This document shows, in pieces, positions 57,794 to 64,000 of a stretch of 64,000 bases of DNA. The notes beneath the pieces are model-generated. The model worked only from the letters and a program-made list of their open reading frames with translations, was not told the origin of the DNA and did no database searches. Position numbers and translations under genes: made by a program. Where the stretch lies: positions 800,001 through 864,000 of the forward strand of contig CBDBOV010000004.1 of assembly GCA_965208575.1 (NCBI GenBank), in the 5' to 3' direction. The DNA comes from Spirochaetia bacterium. Lineage in GTDB: Bacteria > Spirochaetota > Spirochaetia > SZUA-6 > Bin103. Each line of letters opens with the position of its first letter. Within the stretch, counting starts at the first letter, position 1.

Positions 57794-59527
57794 TTACCGC
57801 GAACGTTCGACGCCTACGCGCTCCGCAACAAGTGCGATGGCATCCAGTTTTTGGCGGATTTCCGGGTCGATCTCGCGGTCGGGCACATGTTCGGCCAGTT
57901 CGTAGAAGCTCTTCTTGGCCATCAGGTTCGGCAGCCCCAGCTTCTTGAAGTACGACGCGAACAGAGGCGTCAGAAACTCGTCGCTTGCCTTGATGTCCGC
58001 ATCCCAGGGAGAACCCCTGTCGAGCGTCTCCAGGGCGGACTCAATCTCCGAAATCGCCCTACGCATGGCACGTAACCGGCGGTCCGCTTCGGCTTCGGTG
58101 AACAACGGCCCCGGCACGGACTGGGCAGCCGACGCCCTGGCGTAGGCTTCCAGCGTGGCTTGCGAACTCAGGTAATTCTCGATTTCGCGGCGGTTCCAGA
58201 TCTGACACTCGACAGGGGCCAGATCCGGAGGAGGGATTCGATCGAAGAGAGCGATGCCACGCAGGGCCGGCAGAGCCTCCTTCAGTCCGTGGAAGTGCCG
58301 CCGCACGGCAGCCGGCTGGTTCTCCACTACGCAGACGAATGGCCGCTCCAACGCCTTGATTGCCCGTTCATGACCCAACCGGCGGGCAAACGCTTGCAGA
58401 ATGCTGAGATCGGTCGAACCTTCGACATAGAGCACCCAGCCGGTCTGTTCCGCCTGGTAGTACTGGTCGAACGGAATATCCCGGAGCGCCTTCAGAACCT
58501 GACTGCCGCGGTCGTCGATGCGATGCGGTTGGCCGACGAAGGCCACCACCATGTCACGGCCGGCGGCCTGGTTGAGCAGCACTTCGGAGTGACTGGCGGC
58601 GATGATCTGGCTGCCGCTCTCGCGCGCCACGTCAGTCAGCAAGGCGTAGATCTGACGCTGGCGGAGAATCTCCAGGTGTGCGTCCGGTTCGTCCAGCAGC
58701 AGAATGGCACCCGGATTCGCGTACATGTACGCCAGCAGCAGCAGGGTCTGCTGCAAGCCGCGCCCGGCCGACGAGAGGTCGAGTTGGATTCGCCCTTCGC
58801 GATAGGTCATCGCGATTTCGCCGCGAGCCGCGACGTAATGCGGGGGATCGAGTTCAACGCCGAACAAGCTCCGAGTCTGCGCCACCAGCCGGTCCCACGG
58901 AGACAGGTGCTGATTGTGAACCGCCAAGCACAGGTTGCGCAGCACCTCGGCCGTGCGGCCCTCGCCGATGCGGACGCTAACGGCGCCGCTGTCGAGACGC
59001 GTCTCGGTGGCGGCCAGCCCGGACATCGGAGGCAGGAATGCGATCGGGGCGCTTCCCGCCTCCTCAGGAACAGGCATCCGGTCCGGCGTCCTGCCATCCG
59101 ACAAACGCAGCGGCCGGCAGTAGAACGACTCCTCGTTTGCGTAATCGAACTCCAATCCGCACGTCCAGGAGCGGTCATTGGAGACGCCCTCCACGACCAG
59201 GTCGATGCGGATGTTGCTGGTCCGCGGCTTCCCGTCGACCTGCCGCACGTCTCGCACATGCAGGCCTCGCCACAGCAGGTTGGCGTCAGGAACGGGGACC
59301 GCCACGAGATCGCGCCGATTGACGGTCACGCCCGGCCGCTTCTCGGGGGTGCGTCTACCTGACCGCTTCTCGTTCCAGCGCCTCAGGCCGGCATCCCACA
59401 GGGCGAGGGCCTGCATCGCGGAGGTCTTGCCGGAGTTGTTGGGGCCGATGAACACCACCGGGCTGCCGAGTTCGATTTCGACTTCGCCAAAGCGCTTGAA
59501 ATTGCGGATGATCAACCTGGTGAGCAA
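57794..59527 (-). CDS. ABC-type AAA ATPase with Toprim-like C-terminus (OLD-like nuclease)
   Basis: IRNFKRF, GPNNSGKT, SSAGRG, LLLDEPDAHL, ASHS, VEGSTD, REIENY. Confidence 0.82.
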   Translation of the reverse strand: MLTRLIIRNFKRFGEVEIELGSPVVFIGPNNSGKTSAMQALALWDAGLRRWNEKRSGRRTPEKRPGVTVNRRDLVAVPVPDANLLWRGLHVRDVRQVDGKPRTSNIRIDLVVEGVSNDRSWTCGLEFDYANEESFYCRPLRLSDGRTPDRMPVPEEAGSAPIAFLPPMSGLAATETRLDSGAVSVRIGEGRTAEVLRNLCLAVHNQHLSPWDRLVAQTRSLFGVELDPPHYVAARGEIAMTYREGRIQLDLSSAGRGLQQTLLLLAYMYANPGAILLLDEPDAHLEILRQRQIYALLTDVARESGSQIIAASHSEVLLNQAAGRDMVVAFVGQPHRIDDRGSQVLKALRDIPFDQYYQAEQTGWVLYVEGSTDLSILQAFARRLGHERAIKALERPFVCVVENQPAAVRRHFHGLKEALPALRGIALFDRIPPPDLAPVECQIWNRREIENYLSSQATLEAYARASAAQSVPGPLFTEAEADRRLRAMRRAISEIESALETLDRGSPWDADIKASDEFLTPLFASYFKKLGLPNLMAKKSFYELAEHVPDREIDPEIRQKLDAIALVAERVGVERSR

Positions 59528-59668
59528 CTGGTTACGCCCTCGTCAATATCCTAACCCCTGAGCGCGCCCGCGGTCAGGCCGCCCACGAACCGACGCGCGG
59601 CGGTGCCGGGCGGATCGACCAACTGCTCACAGCGCAGAGAGGTGGCCGGTGGTCACCGGCCACCCGGA

Positions 59669-60050
59669 CTACGCGGAGGCGGCGGTCGGGAGTTTCGGCG
59701 CCGGGTGGGCGAGCCCGGGTTCCGCTGCCAGGCGGCGGTACACGTCGCCGCACGCGGCCAGGGTGAGGCCGGCGCCGCGGGCGTGCTGCAGCAGCAGGTC
59801 GATCTGCGCGGCGCCCCGGTCCACCCGGTAGACCGACCAGGGGTGGAAGCACGGGTCGTAGGTCAGCAGTCCCTGGTCGCGGGTGTACTCGATGCCGGGC
59901 GCGTACGCCTCGTACACCTCGCGGCCGGTGGTGGGGAGCCGCGACGGGTAGCCCCACGGCAGCGCGGGCGGCCATGCCGTGGCCGAAGGCTGCCCGGTGA
60001 GAATGTTGTCGTGCCAGGCATGGGCGGAAATCTCCAGCAGCTCGGGGAAG
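59669..60050 (-). pseudogene. 3' remnant of a gene, possibly polysaccharide-deacetylase-like
   Basis: Coding-like FPELLEISAHAWHDN...PCFHPWS; 5' part is replaced by AT-rich DNA. Confidence 0.5.
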
Positions 60051-60102
60051 AGGCCGCAACCGCCAGCCCTCATAGGATCGGGCCGGCAGTAGCTACCGGG
60101 CC

Positions 60103-60161
60103 AAAGATTGTACAATCTTTACCTATTTCAACAAATAATCTGTTGATTCAATCCAAAGATT
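60103..60161. promoter_or_regulatory. Operator-like palindromes upstream of the AlbA_2 gene
   Basis: Perfect AAAGATTGTACAATCTTT (60103-60120); TCAACA-N7-TGTTGA (60128-60146); half-site CCAAAGATT repeated at 60153. Confidence 0.65.
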
Positions 60162-60178
60162 AGATAATAATTCACGAC

Positions 60179-61810
60179 ATGGCTCGTGTACCCTCGCTCG
60201 GTGACTTCCCCCCAACCCTGACCAAAGAAGCGTTCTGGGGAATGCTTGGCCAGATCGAGCACGAGCAACTCGACTTCAAACGCGGCGTTTCAACAAGCAT
60301 TCGCGAGACTATCTCCGCTATGGCCATGACGCACGGGGGCCTGATTGTCCACGGTATCGACGACCAGCGTACCATAATCGGCTGCCCCCTCTCCCAGAAC
60401 ACCCAGGACCGGATTACTCGCATCGCCACCGAGTGCGGCGTAGACGTACAAGTACGCACCGTTGTCGTCGGACCGCACGAGTTGACGATCACCGCCGTGC
60501 CGGAGGTGCGTGGACGAATCGTGACCACTCCAGATGGGCGGCTGTTGCGCCGGGTCGGCGGCGACTCGCAGCCGATACGAGGCGATGCCATGGGCCGCTT
60601 CGTGCGCGAGCGGGAATACCGATCCGGCGAAGATGAACCACTCGCGCTGGTCCGACCGGAGACGTTCAGCCTGGACGCACTGAACCAGGCCCTGGCAGCC
60701 GACGGTCGCGGACACGTCGGACCAATTCGGCTGACCCGCGCTTTGACGGACCTGAATGTTGCCGTCGCCGCCCCGCCACCGCTGGGAAGCAACGTGTTGC
60801 AGGCTGCTGCCATTCTGTTCGCGTCCAAACCGCGAGACCTGATCCGCGGTGCCGCCGTGCAGCTTGTGCGGCGGGTCGGTGTTGGCCCCCAGCCCGGCCC
60901 CGCCACCGCTCGCGAAGAGTGCTCGGCACCGCTGGTGGCGACAGTCGACTGCTGCCTGAAGTTCATCGCCGACCACACGCGAGGGGTGGAAGCAGTGTCG
61001 GGATCGAGGCGCGAGGTACTGCCTGAATATCCCCAGGCCGTGCTGCGGGAAGCGATTGTCAACGCCCTCGCTCATCGTGACTATGGTCTGAGAGGCAGCA
61101 CCGTGGACATCAGCGTCTGGGACGACCGCATAGAGGTTCACAGCCCCGGGCCGCTCCCCGGTCACATCACCCTCGAAAACATGCGCACCGAACACTACAG
61201 CCGCAATCCAAGGATCATGCGGGTCTTGAAGGCGGTCGGGCTCGTGGAGGAGTACGGCGAGGGAATCGAGCGTATGTACCGGGAAATGGAGGCCCGGCTG
61301 CTGGAGCCGCCGGTGTTTTCTGCCAACGACAGTTCGGTTACGGTCACGCTCTACAACCGCAGCGTGATCGACGTGGAGGAGCAGCTCTGGCTGCAGGCTC
61401 TCGACGGTGTGGACCTGGCAGCAGATGAGCGCCGCCTGCTGGTTGAAGTCCGCCGTGCCGGCGGTTCCATCGCTCCGCGCCAGGTCCGTGAGGCGATGCC
61501 GGGAGCGGACACACGCGAACTGCTTGCACGTGCCCAGGCCAAGGGCTTGGTGGCACGTATTGGCACACGCGGCGGCTCGCGCTACGCCCTCGCCAATTTC
61601 ATCGTCCCGCTCGCCGGCGGCTCCGTGACCACGCACGCACAGATGCTGCTCAACGAAATCCGGCGCCGGGGCAGCCTCTCCACTCCCGAAGGCGCCAAGC
61701 TCATCGGGATCGCTCCGGGAGCTGTTCGCGCCGTGCTGAACAAGCTCGAACAAGCCGGACTGATCCGGGCCGAGGGCAAGACTCGCGCGCGACGCTATTA
61801 CCTTCGCTGA
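60179..61810 (+). CDS. Schlafen/AlbA_2 + HATPase_c_4 + winged-helix protein
   Basis: EHEQLDFK, GGLIVHGIDD; REAIVNALAHRDY, DDRIEVHSPG, RNP, EEYGEGI; two C-terminal wHTH-like segments. Confidence 0.85.
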   Translation: MARVPSLGDFPPTLTKEAFWGMLGQIEHEQLDFKRGVSTSIRETISAMAMTHGGLIVHGIDDQRTIIGCPLSQNTQDRITRIATECGVDVQVRTVVVGPHELTITAVPEVRGRIVTTPDGRLLRRVGGDSQPIRGDAMGRFVREREYRSGEDEPLALVRPETFSLDALNQALAADGRGHVGPIRLTRALTDLNVAVAAPPPLGSNVLQAAAILFASKPRDLIRGAAVQLVRRVGVGPQPGPATAREECSAPLVATVDCCLKFIADHTRGVEAVSGSRREVLPEYPQAVLREAIVNALAHRDYGLRGSTVDISVWDDRIEVHSPGPLPGHITLENMRTEHYSRNPRIMRVLKAVGLVEEYGEGIERMYREMEARLLEPPVFSANDSSVTVTLYNRSVIDVEEQLWLQALDGVDLAADERRLLVEVRRAGGSIAPRQVREAMPGADTRELLARAQAKGLVARIGTRGGSRYALANFIVPLAGGSVTTHAQMLLNEIRRRGSLSTPEGAKLIGIAPGAVRAVLNKLEQAGLIRAEGKTRARRYYLR

Positions 61811-62043
61811 TGCGGGCCCGCCGCACGACCGCCGCACGCGCAAGCTCGATCGGGCTCGCCTTCCGCGCTCGCAGCAGGAAGTCGGAGCGCTGATTGCTGC
61901 GGCGTCCCATGTGGGAACGGACGCGAAGTGAGCACTCGGCCCGTTACCCGATTCGACCGTTCAAGTGCGCCGCGTGCCGCGGACTAGCGCTCATCGAAGC
62001 CGCCTGACGCGAACTTCCGGTTGCCGCACGGCCCGCGCCGCTC

Positions 62044-62457
62044 CTACGGATCGGAATCCTGTCCGAGCCGATGACTGGTGATACCCCCGCCGGGGAACCG
62101 CTCGTCGAGGGTGAAGACGGCTTGGCCGGTGAAACGGGCGACGGCCCATATCATGGCATCGCCAAACGACACCCGGCCCGACGGACGGCACAACTGGAGC
62201 GCTTCGATCATCTGCTCCTTCCGCGCCGGGTAGGCGGCGATGTTTGCTCTGCGCAACAACGCAACGAGTTGGTCGACGACCCGCTCGCGAGGAACGCCAT
62301 ACACCGAGCCGAGTACGTAGGCCGACTCCAACAACACCACGTCGGTAATGACCAGGTCTGTCTCGCTGTCGATGAGCCGGGCGCTCAGATCTGCCAGATG
62401 AGGCGGATCCCCGGTCAGGTACCTGACGATGACCGACGTATCGATCAGGTCGCTCAC
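62044..62457 (-). CDS. PIN-domain (VapC) toxin
   Basis: IDTSVIVRYL, VLLESAYVL, SFGDA, TLD. Confidence 0.9.
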   Translation of the reverse strand: MSDLIDTSVIVRYLTGDPPHLADLSARLIDSETDLVITDVVLLESAYVLGSVYGVPRERVVDQLVALLRRANIAAYPARKEQMIEALQLCRPSGRVSFGDAMIWAVARFTGQAVFTLDERFPGGGITSHRLGQDSDP

Positions 62458-62732
62458 CTCTGCTGCGAATCCCCGCGTATCCGCCGTTCAGCCGCACGTT
62501 GCCACGCCTGTTCCTTGGCTTCCGAGAACTCCTCGCCGGAGCGGATATGCCGAGTGACGTACGGTGCGAGCGTCCCTTTCAACGACTCGCGATGATCGGG
62601 CGGCAGGAAGCGAATCTCCACGTGGTCATCGACCACCCGTTGCAGCGCCACCCACCCCGGCGCGATCCCGAGCGAGTCGCGTATCGCCTTGGCGATGACG
62701 ACTTGGCCCTTCTGTCCTACTACGTGCGACAT
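62454..62732 (-). CDS. AbrB/MazE-type antitoxin
   Basis: VGQKGQVVIAK.IR..LGI.PG; GTGA coupling to the PIN gene. Confidence 0.88.
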   Translation of the reverse strand: MSHVVGQKGQVVIAKAIRDSLGIAPGWVALQRVVDDHVEIRFLPPDHRESLKGTLAPYVTRHIRSGEEFSEAKEQAWQRAAERRIRGDSQQR

Positions 62733-62790
62733 GGTATAACCTTCTACGTCAAGTATAACTCATCCGCCGCCTTCAGACGAATGAGAGTTC

Positions 62791-63093
62791 GCGGCTCCGG
62801 CAATCATCATCTTCACGGTCAACATCGGTGGCGTGATCATCGCCGAGGCCTCGCTGAGCTTTCTGGGATTCGGTCTGCCGCCCGACGTTCCCAGTTGTGG
62901 AGGCATGCTCAGCCGCGAAGGACGGCAATACATGGAGATGGCGCCGCGCTTGGCCCTCTGGCCCGGCCTGTGCCTGACGATCGTGGTATACAGTCTGAAC
63001 ATGTTCGGCGACGCGGTGCGCGACCTGCTCGACCCGCGGCTGCGCGGTGGCGGGTGTCTCGGCGCCGATGCCGGGGGCGCGGGGTCGGTATAG
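62791..63093 (+). pseudogene. 3' remnant of a peptide ABC permease (DppC/OppC)
   Basis: IIAEASLSFLGFG.PP..PSCGGML, NMFGDAVRDLLDPR; in-frame stop at 62782, 5' part absent. Confidence 0.85.
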
Positions 63094-63265
63094 CAAGCGT
63101 CATTCGCGCGTGGCGCTACGCTTCCCGTCGGTGTATGCTGCGCTCAGGTGAGCGGCGGCACGGTCGCGGCGCCGGGCGTCGGGGTGACGCTGTTGCCGCG
63201 ATCCAGACGTTCGGATTCACCACCGGGGCGTGGTGGTGACCAGGATGTTCGACTGAGGTGTGGCG

Positions 63266-63470
63266 GTGCGCAGGTTCAACACGGAGGGCCCGGTAGAGTT
63301 CCCGACCGGCACTACTGCATTCCGCCGCTGGAGCGGCTGGACGACGTGGACCGGGTGCTGTGGGGCACCTGGTGATCTTCGACCCCAGTGCCGACAAGAG
63401 CTGGGACGAGAAGGAATACCGGCGCGACGAGCGCCTCGGCGCGCGCTCGATCGTGGTGTGGGGGATGTAG
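63266..63470 (+). pseudogene. Internally deleted ATP-binding protein gene (N- and C-termini only)
   Basis: RRFNTEGPV..PDRHYCIPPLERLD joined across frameshifts to GHLVIFD...SWDEK..RR......IVVWGM*. Confidence 0.7.
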
Positions 63471-63620
63471 ACGTGCTCGCCCGCGGCGGCGCGCTGACGA
63501 TGGACACCACGGTCGCAGGTGCCGCACTCCACTGCGCTCGTTGGGTTACAATCGTTGGTGGAGACAACCGATCAGGCGGGCGCGTAACCCGCGCCACGAG
63601 TTTCTCCCCGGAGGCCGCAC

Positions 63621-64000
63621 ATGACCGCTGACCTTATCGAACGGCGCAACCGGGCGCTCGGCGCCGGCGCGCCGCTGTTCTACCGCGAGCCACTGCACAT
63701 CGTGCGCGGCGAGGGCGCCTATCTGTTCGATGCCGCCGGCCGCCGCTACGTCGACATGTACAACAACGTGCCGTGCGTCGGTCATGCCCATCCCCGGATC
63801 GTCGAAGCGATGGCGGCCCAGCAGGCAACCCTCAACGTGCACAGCCGCTACCTGCACGAGGGCATCCTGGAGCTCGCCGAACGGATCACGGGGCTGCACG
63901 GGGAGCGCATGGAGAGCGTCGTGTTCTCATGCACCGGGACCGAGGCCAACGAGGTGGCGCTGCGCATGGCGCGGGCGGCGACCGGCCGGCGCGGGATCGT
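63621..64000 (+). CDS. Class III PLP aminotransferase, partial
   Basis: GGAGG RBS; PLHIVRGEGAYLFD..GRRYVD.YNNVP.VGH.HP, GTEANE.ALR. Confidence 0.92.
   Translation, partial: MTADLIERRNRALGAGAPLFYREPLHIVRGEGAYLFDAAGRRYVDMYNNVPCVGHAHPRIVEAMAAQQATLNVHSRYLHEGILELAERITGLHGERMESVVFSCTGTEANEVALRMARAATGRRGI

Overview
This is a high-GC bacterial chromosome segment, most likely from a Spirochaetota member. The gene orders murC-yicC-cmk-rpoZ-miaA-(bS22-like), acpS-truA-udg-priA and def-fmt-PASTA match what I recall from Borrelia/Treponema. The conserved core block (27.3-39.7 kb) and sucCD-degP are interleaved with accessory DNA. The accessory DNA includes a sugar ABC importer with a frameshifted binding protein, complete IS1634 and ISAs1 elements with target duplications, two Schlafen/AlbA_2-HATPase proteins, and an MlrC peptidase divergent from twin Zn-ribbon ABC transporters plus DUF1854. 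It also includes a divergent Prim-Pol (LigD-Pol type)/PolX-PHP pair, an AAA-PD-(D/E)xK gene carrying an in-frame palindromic insert, two type II TA modules, a coproporphyrin-dependent heme operon with a divergent HTH regulator, an ABC-2 exporter behind a leader-peptide attenuator, and a decayed defence-type islet. Two tRNAs are present (Gly-CCC, Glu-TTC); no CRISPR array or rRNA was seen. The best candidates for undescribed biology are the attenuator at 54.8-55.1 kb, the putative tetrapyrrole-sensing regulator/heme operon, the Schlafen-HATPase with a C-terminal Ig-like module, the twin ABC-DUF1854-MlrC locus and the in-frame palindromic element. All product calls come from motif recognition by eye, not database searches.
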